From NCBI RefSeq assembly GCF_035084215.1, contig NC_090351.1:33604001-33668000 (forward strand): a stretch of 64,000 bases of DNA. Direction: 5' to 3'. The translations under genes and the position numbers were made by a program. This document shows positions 1 through 11,290 of the stretch, in pieces; the stretch's first letter is position 1; every line of letters starts with the position of its first letter. A model generated the notes under the pieces. It ran no database searches, was not told the origin of the DNA, and was given only the letters and a program-made list of their open reading frames with translations. Origin of the DNA: Heptranchias perlo (lineage: Eukaryota).

Positions 1-2918
1 ATCTTGTGGCCATTACAGAAACATGGCTGCAGGGTGACAACGACTGGGAATTAAATATGCCAGGGTATTTAACAATCAGGAAGGACAGGCAGGAAGGAAG
101 GGGAGGTGGGGTGGCTATGTTAATAAAGGAAGGAATCACTGTAATACAGAGAAATGATATTGGGACAAAGCATCAAGATAATGAAACAGTTTGGGTGGAG
201 ATAAGGAATAATAAGGGAAAAAAAACATTAGTGGGCGTAGTATATAGGCCTCCTAATAGTTGCAACTCTGCTGGAAGAAGTATTAATCAGGAAATAGTCG
301 GGGCATGTAATAAGGGAACAGCCATAATTATGGGGGATTTTAATTATCATATTAACTGGACAAATCAAATTGGGCAGAGCAGCCTTGAGAACGAGTTCAT
401 TGAGTGCATCAGGGATGGATTTCTTGAGCAGTATGTAACTGATCCTACAAGGGGGCAGGCAACCTTGGACCTGGTCCTGTGTAATGAGTCAGGATTAATT
501 AATAATGTCCTAGTTAAGGATCCCCTTGGAACGAGCGACCACAACATGGTTGAATTCCATATCCAATTAGAGGGTGAGAAGGTTGATTCTCAAACAAGCG
601 TACTGAGCTTGAATAAAGGAGACTATGATGGTATGAGAGCGGAATTGATTAAAGTGGACTGGGAAAATAGATTAAAGGGTAAGACGGTACATGAGCATTG
701 GTGTTCATTTAGGGAGTTATTTTACAACTTTCAAAATAATATATTCCACTGAGGAAAAAAGGGTGTAAAAGCCATCCGTGGCTAAGTAAAGAAATCAAGG
801 ATAGGATCCGACTAAAAACAAGGACATATAAGGTAGCCAAACTTAGTGGGAGGATAGAAGATTGGGAAGTCTTCAAAAGACAGCAAAAAGTAACTAAAGG
901 ATTGATTAAGAAAGGGAAGTTAGATTATGAAAAGAAATTAGCAAAAAATATAAAAACAGATAGCAAGAGTTTCTATAGTTATATAAAAAGAAAAAGGGTG
1001 GCTAAGGCAAACGTAGGTCCCTTAGAGGATGAGACCGGGAAATTAATGGTGGGAAACATGGAGATGGCAAAAATGCTGAACAAATATTTTGTTTCAGTCT
1101 TTACAGTAGAGGACACTAAGAATATCCCAACACTGGACAAACAGGGGACTCTCGGGGGGGAGGAGCTAAATACGATTAAAATCACTCAGGAGATGGTACT
1201 CAGTAAAATAATGGGACTCAAGGCGGATAAATCCCCTGGACCTGATGGCTTACATCCTAGGGTCTTGAGGGAAGTGGCAGTAGGGATTGTGGATGCTTTG
1301 GTGATAGTTTTCCAAAATTCCCTGGACTCAGGAGAGGTCCCGGCAGATTGGAAAACTGCTAATGTAACACCGTTATTTAAAAAGGGTAGTAGGCAGAAGG
1401 CTGGAAATTATAGGCCAGTTAGCTTAACATCTGTGGTGGGTAAAATTTTGGAGACTATTATTAAGGAGACAGTAACGGAACATTTAGATAAGCATAATTT
1501 AATAGGACAAAGTCAGCATGGCTTTATGAAGGGGAAGTCATGTCTGACAAATTTGCTTGAGTTCTTTGAGGATATAACGTATAGGGTGGATAAAGGGGAA
1601 CCAGTGGACATAGTGTATTTAGACTTCCAGAAGGCATTCGACAAGGTGCCACATAAAAGATTATTACTTAAGATAAAAAATCACGGGATTGGGGGTAATA
1701 TTCTGGCATGGGTGGAGGATTGGTTATCGAACAGGAAGCAGAGAGTTGGGATAAATGGTTCATTTTCGGACTGGCAACCAGTAACCAGTGGTGTTCCACA
1801 GGGGTCGGTGCTGGGTCCCCAACTCTTTACAATCTATATTAACGATTTGGAGGAGGGGACCGAGTGCAACATATCAAAATTTGCAGATGATACAAAGATG
1901 GGAGGGAAAGTAGAGAGTGAGGAAGACATAAAAAACCTGCAAGGGGATATAGACAGGCTGGGTGAGTGGGCGGAGATTTGGCAGATGCAATATAATATTG
2001 GAAAAAGTGAGGTTATGCACTTTGGCAGGAAAAATCAGAGAGCAAGTTATTTTCTTAATGGCGAGAGACTGGAAAGTACTGCAGTACAAAGGGATCTGGG
2101 GGTCCTCGTGCAAGAAAATCAAAAAGTTGGTATGCAGGTGCAGCAGGTGATCAAGAAAGCCAACGGAATGTTGGCTTTTATTGCTAGGGGGATAGAATAT
2201 AAAAACAGGGAGGTATTGCTGCAGTTATATAAGGTATTGGTGAGACCGCACCTGGAATACTGCATACAGTTTTGGTCTCCATACTTAAGAAAAGACATAC
2301 TTGCTCTCGAGGCAGTACAAAGAAGGTTCACTCGGTTAATCCCGGGGATGAGGGGGTGGACATATGAGGAGAGGTTGAGTGGATTGGGACTCTACTCATT
2401 GGAGTTCAGAAGAATGAGAGGCGATCTTATTGAAACATATAAGATTGTGAAGGGTCTTGATCGGGTGGATGCGGTAAGGATGTTCCCAAAGATGGGTGAA
2501 ACTAGAACTAGGGGGCATAATCTTAGAATAAGGGGCTGCTCTTTCAAAACTGAGATGAGGAGAAACTTCTTCACTCAGAGGGTGGTAGGTCTGTGGAATT
2601 TGCTGCCCCAGGAAGCTGTGGAAGCTACATCATTGAATAAATTCAAAGCAGAAATAGACAGTTTCCTAGAAGTAAAGGGAATTAGGGGTTATGGGGAGCG
2701 GACAGGAAATTGGACATGAAGCTGAGTTCGGATCGGTCAATGCCCTGTGGGTGGCGGAGAGGGCCCAGGGGCTGTGTGGCCGGGTCCTGCTCCGACTTCT
2801 TGTGTTCTTTAGATTTGTGGTTGGGATCAGATCAGCCATGATCTTATTGAATGGCGGAGCAGGCTCGAGGGGCCGATTGGCCTACTCCTGCTCCAATTTC
2901 TTATGTTCTTATGTTCTT
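1..2918 (+). mobile_element. Young CR1 LINE, ORF2 (APE endonuclease + RT) and 3' UTR; cut by the window edge, frameshifted
   Basis: ORF 6..752 has APE motifs (AITETWL, GVVYRPP, MGDFN, SDH). ORF 902..2719 has RT motifs (YRPVSLTS, DFQKAFD, GVPQGSVLGP, FADD). Ends in (TTCTTATG)n. Small deletions near 740-770 relative to the copy at 37360-37410 break the frame. Confidence 0.96.
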
Positions 2919-3565
2919 AAAATTGACAATCATTTATTTTTGGTACAAAGACCAGGGTTGGTTGGTCTAGTAAGTTTGCACAATATTTTGTGCTCAGCCG
3001 AGACTGACTGGGTGACTATAAGGGCTCTAGCTGAAATCAATTTTGTTATAGTGGGCTTTCCCCCTCCTCCGCTGAAGTCACATATGGTTCCTTGTCCAAA
3101 TGGACAATGTTCATTGTGCGAGTCTAGAGAAGGAGTTCTGACATGGTATTCAACTGTGAGAGGTCACACAGGCAAGCTAGATAACTACACACAGGGACAC
3201 TTTCCTGCATGGGTCAATGGGTTGCAATCAGGACCCAGAACCCCAGCTCATTTTTCCCCTTCCTACCCTGAGGAAGCTGAGGACAATTGTAGCTCCCTAA
3301 GCACCAACTGGATTCTTGCTCAATGTGACTCAACCACTACAGGTTACTTATTGAGTCACTGGAGGGCAGCAATAGTACTTGTGAAAGACTTTTCTTACCA
3401 AACATCTGGCTGCTCATGCTTCGCTCTCCATTGCGATCATTGATTTAATTATGAATAGGTACATTCAATAGAGGAAATTGTAATAACTTTAATATAAATT
3501 CCAAATTTAAAGATGGCTTTCAATCACTTAGTTTTAAGCTGCACAGACAAATATGATTAACCCAG

Positions 3566-4612
3566 TTTTTTTTAATTCATTCATGGAATGTGGGTGTCGC
3601 TGGCAAGGCCAGCATTTATTGCCCATCCCTAATTGCCCTTGAGAAGGTGGTGGTGAGCCGCCTTCTTGAACCGCTGCAGTGCACGTGGTGAAGGTTCTCC
3701 CACAGTGCTGTTAGGTAGGGTGTTCCAGGATTTTGACCCAGCGACGATGATGAACGGCGAAATATTTCCAGGTCAGTATGGTGTGTGACTTGGAGGGAAA
3801 CGTGCAGGTGGTGTTGTTCCCATGTGCCTGCTGCCCTTGTCCTTCTAGGTGGTAGAGGTTGCGGGTTTGGGAGGTGCTGGCGAAGAAGCCGTGGCGAGTT
3901 GCTGCAGTGCATCCTGTGGATGGTACACACTGCAGCCACTGTGCGCCGGTGGTGAAGGGAGTGAATATTTAGGATGGTGGATGGGGTGCCAATCAAGCGG
4001 GCTGCTTTGTCCTGGATGGTGTTGAGTTTCTTGAGTGTTGTTGGAGCTGCACTCATCCAGGCAAGTGGAGAGTATTCCATCGTACTCCTGACTTGTGCCT
4101 TGTAGATAGTGGAAAGGCTTTGGGGAGTCAGGAGGTGAGTCACTCGCCACAGAATACCCAGCCTCTGACCTGCTCTTGTAGCCACAGTATTTATGTGGCT
4201 GGTCCAGTTAAGTTTCTGGTCAATGGTGACCCCCTGGATGTTGATGGTGGGGGATTCATTGATGGTAATGACATTGAATGTCAAGGGGAGGTGCTTAGAC
4301 TCTCGTTGGAGATGGTCATTGCCTGGCACTTGTCTGGCGCAAATGTTACTTGCCACTTATCAGCCCAAGACTGGATGTTGTCCAGGTCTTGCTGCATGCG
4401 GGCATGGACTGCTTCATTATCTGAGGGGTTGTGAATGGAACTGAACACTGTGCAAACACCTCCACTTCTGACCTTATGATGGAGGGAAGGTCATTGATGA
4501 AGCAGCTGAAGATGGTTGGGCCTTGGACAATGCCCTGAGGAACTCCTGCAGCGATGTCCTGGGGCTGAAATGATTGGCCTCCAACAACCACTGCCATCTT
4601 CCTTTGTGCTTG
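3566..4612 (-). mobile_element. 5'-truncated non-LTR retrotransposon (second family, CR1/L2 group), RT C-terminus and 3' end
   Basis: Minus ORFs contain GVPQG..GP..F..FIND and LSTIYKAQVRSTMEYSPLAW. A-rich tail near 3566. Similar copies at 12787-13650 and 41110-42080. Confidence 0.85.
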
Positions 4613-4990
4613 GTGTTAAAAGTGTGGCATTTCTTATTCTTGAAGTTTAAGAGGCAAACAGTGAGATTTTCCATTGTTGTTATTTTAGCCTCTGCATTAA
4701 TCCATTTAAGATGAACATTAATGTAATGCTGTTCGGAAAATCTGGGCTACTGACTGAAACTGGGTAATAAAAGTACAAGATTGTTGGGGGGGTCAATCAT
4801 TTCATCCAAATTCAGGTTATTTTTTTTGTTTTAAAAAAAGTTTTTATTTACATTGATTTTAACTTAAGTACGGAGATAATTGGCTTATTTAGTTTTCTGA
4901 CAATAGACAAACTGATAATTGAAATGAGGATAGATAGGTGCCTTCAGTTAAATATCTGACATCAGATATGTTGCTGTGTGAAGTTCTTAC

Positions 4991-5046
4991 CGTAGCATTA
5001 TAGACTGGGTTAGATTCTTCCTCTGTATGTGTTAATCCTTTCTTAC
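4991..5046 (-). CDS. Gene A candidate cytoplasmic exon 2 (GKKGLTHTEEESNPVYNAT), with NPxY motif
   Basis: tcattcttag acceptor and gtaaga donor. 56 nt, phase 1 to 0, open when joined to the TM exon. Same length and phase as gene B exon 53739-53794. Confidence 0.6.
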
Positions 5047-5660
5047 CTAAGAATGATACAGATATAGATTACAGCGACACGAGTATAAAAATGAATCCAT
5101 TACCCTGTATATGTTAATGAATACTGATCTACAGTGTGTTTTTGCAATTGCAACAGACAAATTTATTAATAAATACTATCTTTATAGCAGAGGTCAAATT
5201 GAGCAAATAAAATTGGACATATGACTGCAATATTAGCACACAAGCACTTAGAACAATCGTATGACCCTCCTCTGTTTTAATGGAGGCATTAACCCATTTA
5301 TTTTAAACATATTGGGGTAAATTTTCATCTTCCCTGCATGGGTGGCAATCTGCCGGAGCGAGTCGCCCGTCTTTTAAAGATTTTGCCCGATTTTCATTCC
5401 GTTGAAGCCAAATGAAAAGGTTTTGGAACAGTCAGGCAATTATCTGAAACTACTTCATCTGGAATCCTGTATCAAGTAAACTGCTACTTGCAATTGCGTT
5501 TGAACTCTTGGTACTGGTTTACTAATTTAATTTTAATAAAATTGAAACATAGCCTACGATGATTAAACATTGGTTTGAATGAAATTCAAATACATCAAAC
5601 TTAACTTTCCACCCTGGTCTGCTTGGAACGTCATATTTACATTGGCTGTTGCACACTTAC

Positions 5661-5713
5661 TTCTTGTATGTGCTGCATTGTATATTGTTCTCTTTCTATG
5701 GCTTTATTTAAAT
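5661..5713 (-). CDS. Gene A candidate cytoplasmic exon 1 (DLNKAIEREQYTMQHIQE)
   Basis: gatcctacag acceptor and gtaagt donor. 53 nt, phase 1 to 0, open when joined to the TM exon. Confidence 0.62.
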
Positions 5714-5770
5714 CTGTAGGATCAAGGCATATTCTTATTCATTGTTTAGCTTGACTACTGCTGCACCAGG

Positions 5771-6200
5771 TGTCAGCTGTGGCTCTGTGGTAGCACCCTT
5801 GCCTCTGAATTATAAGGTTGTGGGTTCAAGTCCCACTCAGAGACTTGAGGACTGAGGGAGTGCCTCATCTGTTGGCAGTGGCGTCTTTCAGATGAATTGT
5901 TAAACTGAGGCCCTGTCTGCCTTCTCAGAATGACATAAAATGTCACTGTTTTGGAGGGGAGTTCGCCGTGGTGTCCTGACCAATATTTATCCCTGAGTCA
6001 ACTTCACTAAAAAAAACAAATTAGGTGGTCCTTGTCACTTTGCTGTTTGTGGGACCTTGCTGTGCGCATATTGGCTGCTGCGTTTCCCTACATTACAACA
6101 ATGACTACACTTCAAAAGTACTTCATTGGCTGTAAAGTGCTTTGGGATGTCCTGAGGTTGTGAACGGTGCTATATAAATGCAAGTTCGTTCTTTCTTTTC
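5771..6200 (+). mobile_element. tRNA-derived SINE, DeuSINE/SacSINE1-like
   Basis: A-box-like (TGGCTCTGTGG) and B-box-like (GGTTCAAGTCCC) head. Tail GCTGTTTGTGGG...CTATATAAATGCAAGT recurs several times in the window. Confidence 0.8.
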
Positions 6201-6555
6201 TTTGTCTTTGCATCTAGCGCTGGTACTAGGCTCTGCCCGGTGGTGGGCCTGCCTGGGGTGACCCGAGCCATTTAGGCTGCTCAGGATCCTGCGACTCTCT
6301 AGAGGCCACGCAGAGTGTGGCCAGGAAAGCTGGCCCTTACCAAGCCACCAGTAGATAGGAACACAGGAATTTACTGAACTGGACAAGACCACTGCAGTCC
6401 ATCTGGGCAGTCCAAGTGTCCAGGAAATATCCCACGACAGCATAGCCCAAAGTTTATTTCATACTCTATTACAGTGGATGGAGAAACGGGGTAGTACTTG
6501 TGCTTTAACCTGTAAGCTCCTGCTTTACTTGAATCAAATTTGGAACTGTAAATTA

Positions 6556-6709
6556 GGTCAGGAATTTCCTCGGGGCTGCTCACTCTCGCTCTGCCGCCAT
6601 AACTTTGCCGGGAGCGTGGCAGAAACCCCAGCTTCCGCGGACTCTGCCGCACGCCTGACGAAGTTACGGCTGGTGGAGTGGGAGCGGCTCCGAGGGGAAT
6701 TCCCGGCCT
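6556..6709. mobile_element. Palindromic MITE-like element
   Basis: About 65-bp imperfect inverted arms (aggtcaggaatttcctcgg...ccgaggggaattcccggcct). Related element at 59556-59678. Confidence 0.6.
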
Positions 6710-6787
6710 CACTCTTCAGCTGGCCCGATTGCAAGCAGAGGTTTTCCTTTAAATTGGAATTGGAATTTTCAAAACTGTGCAACTTAC

Positions 6788-6894
6788 CAGCTGTGGTTTG
6801 CTTTCTGCATCTTGTGACAAAAATAGTAGCAACAAGGATCAGTACAATCAGAACTCCGAGCAAAGGTACCAGTATGATGGATAAATTTGTGGTG
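6788..6894 (-). CDS. Gene A transmembrane exon (TTNLSIILVPLLGVLIVLILVATIFVTRCRKQTTA)
   Basis: ctgtttccgtag acceptor and gtaagt donor. 107 nt, phase 2 to 1. About 22 uncharged hydrophobic residues followed by RCRK stop-transfer. Phase matches the stalk exon. Confidence 0.88.
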
Positions 6895-7659
6895 CTACGG
6901 AAACAGAAGAGTAGACAGTTTATTTCTCCAAAGTGTGGCTCGTTTTCATTCTCCGAAAGCTTCCCTTTTTCAATTTCCCAATTTCCTTCTCTCCCCTGTA
7001 ATTCTTAAAGCTCTGATATTTGCAAGGTGCAATTCCACAGGCACCGCCTACTGGCACCATGTACGTGGCCCACTGGCCAATTATCATCCATGAGCTTTGA
7101 TTGCGACTGTCAGCGGGCTATTCAGCTGCAGTAAGATCACAGATAACCCCGATTCTGTCCTCACTTAATATTCACATGAAAACTTTTCCAGCAGGTTGCT
7201 GCGTAGTGATTAGGAGAGGAAATCCTGAACAATCTTCCCCTCCCTAATATTAATATATGTGAATTTAGACCATTTCTCCATAGAAAGTATATAAGCATTG
7301 ACTCTTAAGAAGCAGCCCAAGTTGAACACACAACCATGTTACCATCACAACTGTGCCCTGGATCCCACCACACTAGTGAGCAATGGCAGGCAGATCAGCT
7401 AGTTTCTTTAAATAGCGTTGGTGAACTGTTCTTGTAAATGCATGTAGAGCACTCACCGTTGGACGTGGACCAATGCAGCCACATTTGATTGAGTGGTTTG
7501 CTTTGATCACAGTCAGAGATATTGAAAATACCTTGGCACCCAAATCATAACTGAGGACTGAAAAAGTGTTGGTGTGACACACAGGAGTGGCGTTCGGGCC
7601 GTGCCAATGCATGAGGCCCCGAGCGGATCCAGTGAAAGGACACCTACGCAGAGCTGCAT

Positions 7660-8000
7660 TATAGAATCATAGAACGAAGGAGGCCATTCGGCCCATTGCA
7701 GCTGTGTCAGTTCTTTGAAAGAGCTATCCAATTAGCCGCACTCCGAAGCCCTTTCCCCATAGCCTTGCAAATTTTTCACCTTCCCAATTCCCTTTTGAAA
7801 GTTATTATTAAATCTGCTTCCACCACCCTTTCAGGCAGTGCATTCCAGATCATAACAACTCACTGCGTAAAAATTTTTCTCCTCATCTTGTCTCTGGCTC
7901 CTTTGCCAATTGTCTTAAATCTGTGTCCTCTGGTTACCGACCCTTCCGCCACTGGAAACAGATTCTCCTTATTTACTCTATCAAAACCCATCATAATTTT
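7660..8000 (-). mobile_element. Old CR1 3' fragment
   Basis: Reverse complement of the CR1 RT C-terminus and 3' UTR with (ATTCT)n tail. Similar to 10885-11290 and 12345-12700. Confidence 0.75.
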
Positions 8001-8637
8001 GATCATCTCTGATCACCACTGCAGAGTGTCGATGAGTGAGATAATTACATTAATTACACATCAACCTTTGCTCTTTCTGTTCATTTCCCCTCCAAAAAGA
8101 AAATTATGCATTACTAGAAGAAAGAAAACGGCTTGAATTGTTGACTGTAATCCAGTCTGCTCACGTTTATGAAATAAATTGCTTGTGTTTTGTTCGTTTT
8201 TCTTTAACCTCAAAGTTTTGTTTTTGCCATAGAGCAGAAATCGATTTCAGTCTGAATTCAGCCTCTCCTGGGGTGTGCTGTTGTGTTATGTAACATTGAA
8301 ACTGCAGCACCATGCTTGAAAGAGGAATGAATGAGTCTTAAGGGTCGTTATCAGGGGTGAATGATAAGGAATAATACAACATCTACAGGTAATACTCTGT
8401 TCCAAGGGAATTTTAAGTTTTTCTTGAATGTGGCACATAATGCAGACCAGTGATGATAGTTAGTTGGTGTACTTTGCTTACTTTATTGCCTAATGGCAAC
8501 TAGCCAATGCCAGTGCACTTTTCGTACAACCAATGTCTAAGACGTCAAGCTTTAAAGTACCAATCTTTTGCTAAGTATTATTAGATCTGTGTGACTCAAA
8601 AAAGCTCGTAAAATTACAGATTTAAGACCTCAGCACT

Positions 8638-9150
8638 CGCCTTCTCACCCACTCCACTCACCCCCCGCCTTCTCACCCACTCCTCTCACCCCCCGCCTTC
8701 TCACCCACTCCTCTCACCCCCCGCCTTCTCACCCACTCCACTCACCCCCCGCCTTCTCACCCACTCCTCTCACCCCCCGCCTTCTCACCCACTCCTCTCA
8801 CCCACTCCTCTCACCCCCCGCCTTCTCACCCACTCCTCTCACCCCCCGCCTTCTCACCCACTCCTCTCACCCCCCGCCTTCTCACCCACTCCTCTCACCC
8901 CCCGCCTTCTCACCCACTCCACTCACCCCCCGCCTTCTCACCCACTCCTCTCACCCACTCCTCTCACCCACTCCACTCACCCCCCCACTCCTCTCACCCA
9001 CTCCACTCACCCCCCCACCTTCTCACCCACTCCTCTCACCCCCCGCCTTCTCACCCACTCCTCTCACCCCCCGCCTTCTCACCCACTCCTCTCACCCCCC
9101 GCCTTCTCACCCACTCCACTCACCCCCCGCCTTCTCACCCACTCCACTCA
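8638..9150. repeat. 28-bp minisatellite (CGCCTTCTCACCCACTCCTCTCACCCCC)n, about 18 units
   Basis: Tandem array visible directly, made of 14-bp half-units, with variant units. Confidence 0.95.
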
Positions 9151-9439
9151 TCCTCCCCGGTCACGGCTGAGGTGGGGGAAGGAGACAACGAAATAGCCGT
9201 TTTGCATCCAACTTTGAACTTTATTTATCTTCCTTTGTGAACTGCAGTAACAGATTAATTAGTCATTCATCGTATTGCTGTTTGTGGAACTTTGTCGTTT
9301 GCTGTATTTACCCATATGACAACAGTAACAACTGCACAATGTAGTTTATTCTATGTGAAGCACTTTGGGGTGTTTCTGAAACTTGATAAGGCACTATATA
9401 AATGCAAGCTCGCTCTTTCTTTCACTGATAGACAATATT

Positions 9440-9845
9440 TTTAAAAATCTCATCCTTGTTTTCAAATCTCTCCATGACCTTGCCCCTCCCTAGCTCAGTA
9501 ACCACCCCCTGCCCTACAACCCTTCAAGATCTCTGCCCTCCTCCAATCTGGCATCTTGCGCATCCCCGATTTTCTTCACTCCACCATTGGCCTTCAGCTG
9601 CCTCGGCCCGACATTCTGGAATTCCCTCCCTAAACTTATCTGCCTCGCCACCTCTCTCTTCTCCTTTAAGACGCCCCTTAAAACCTACCTCTTTGACTGA
9701 GCTTTTGGTCACCTGTCCTAATATCTCTTCATGTGTCTCAGTGTCAAATTTTGTTTGATAATCTCTCTTGTGAAGCGACTTGGGATGTTTTACCACGTTA
9801 AAAGTGCTATAGTAAAGGTGCACGTTGTTGTTGTTGTTGTTGTAG
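9440..9845 (+). mobile_element. L2-type LINE 3' end
   Basis: CTCTGGAATTCCCTCCCTAAAC-like 3' region and (TTG)n tail. Similar to 23215-23470 and 53150-53615. Confidence 0.75.
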
Positions 9846-10289
9846 TAGTAAATGAATCTGGACACTATGTTTCTTAGGTTGAAATGTTAATTGAATCTGT
9901 AGTCCTTAAAGTTTAATTAGCATACGGGTGACTAGCAGCAGTTTTTGATGAAAAAGACCTATCAAGAAAAACTTTTATTTTCTTCTCTTGTTACTATTGT
10001 TATATGGGTAAATGTGGTGAATATTTTGTATACAGTAAGGTCCCACGAACAGCAGTATGGTGAATGACCAGTTAACGATACTGCAATTCACAAAGGAAGA
10101 TAATTAAAGGTCAAAGTTGGATGCAGAGCAGCAAAAATAATCCTCACTGTGTTAATTGTACAATATATACTTCTGATGAAAGCAAAATAAACATACAGAG
10201 GTAATAATGACTCGAACAAACTTATATATATTATGTTGCTAGTGGCTCAGAAAACAACAGATTTTAACAATCTTGTTCACTGGTTAGAA

Positions 10290-10880
10290 ATCTCACCAAC
10301 TTGGACAGTGTGGTGGCTCACCACATTGAACCATCATTGTTCAGCACCACTCAATAACTCAATGCAGGTTGGACTTGCCAAGTGAGCCCAGATACCACCA
10401 TTTGAGGAGATATGTCCGTATTGGGATAGTTGTGTATCCAGCTATTGTACCGCTGTTCCGGATGGCCTCCAATCTGCTAGCGGACAGACCGACAAACAAA
10501 GCTTAAGCTCTGCCCATGCTTCCCGCGTAGTTGACTGCAACCTCTCTCCAAGATTTGGAAAACCGTTTCTGTTCAGTTTTCGGCTGCTTCCCCTGGGGGT
10601 GCCATCCTTGCTTGGTGGTGAACACAATCTGGTCCTTGCTGTTTTTGTTTGACAGCAAAGAATCTTTGGCATTTTGTACAATGAATGTTTGAACTGTTTA
10701 TCCAGTGTTCCCTTCTGATATATGGATTCAGAGAATTTAGCCTTGTGCTCAAGATGGCTGGCCTTCTTACCATTGTCTACTCCACTATGAGGTTACTGTT
10801 GCGATCCTTGCTGTTTTGGTTAGTTGTCATATTGCAGTCAGCTCTGTTAACTTTCCATATTTTCCTATTTTTTTGGCTAA
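10290..10880 (-). mobile_element. Heavily decayed LINE C-terminal remnant (Vingi/RTE-X-like, tentative)
   Basis: Stop-riddled minus translation resembling the W..L.R/WG..SPTC C-terminal motif. Similar weak remnants at about 18450-18780, 19050-19360 and 59290-59530. Confidence 0.3.
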
Positions 10881-10884
10881 GAGG

Positions 10885-11290
10885 TTAGTGACTGGGGTTG
10901 TTCTCCTTAGAGCAGAGAAGGTTAAAGGGAGATTTGATAGAGGCGTTCAAAATCATGAAGGGTTTTGATAGAGTAAATAAGGAGAAATAGTTTCCAGTGG
11001 TCGAAGGATTGGTAACCAGAGGTCGCAGATTTAAGGTAATTGGCAAAAGAACCAGAGGCAACATGAGGATTTTTTTTTTACACAGCGAGTTGTTATGATC
11101 TGGAATGCACTGCCTGAAAGGGTGGTGGAAGCAGATTGAATAATGACTTTCAGAAGGAAATTAGATTAAAATTTGCAGGGCTCTGGGGAATGAGTAGGGG
11201 AGTGGGACTAATTGTATAGCTCTTTCAAAGAGCCGGCACAGGAACGATGGGCCGAATAGCCTCCTTCTGTGCCATTCTATGATTCTATAT
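10885..11290 (+). mobile_element. Old CR1 3' fragment
   Basis: LFSLEQRRL.GDLIE-type coding remnant, 3' UTR and ATTCT tail. Confidence 0.8.

Noticed and set aside
2691-3443. 250-aa ORF (and similar ORFs at 39314 and 63050)
   Set aside because: It translates the CR1 3' UTR and runs into flanking DNA, with no protein motifs.
5771-5845. tRNA gene
   Set aside because: A tRNA-derived SINE head continuous with the SINE body, with no full cloverleaf.
6478-7008. 176-aa plus-strand ORF
   Set aside because: Antisense shadow of the TM exon and the MITE.
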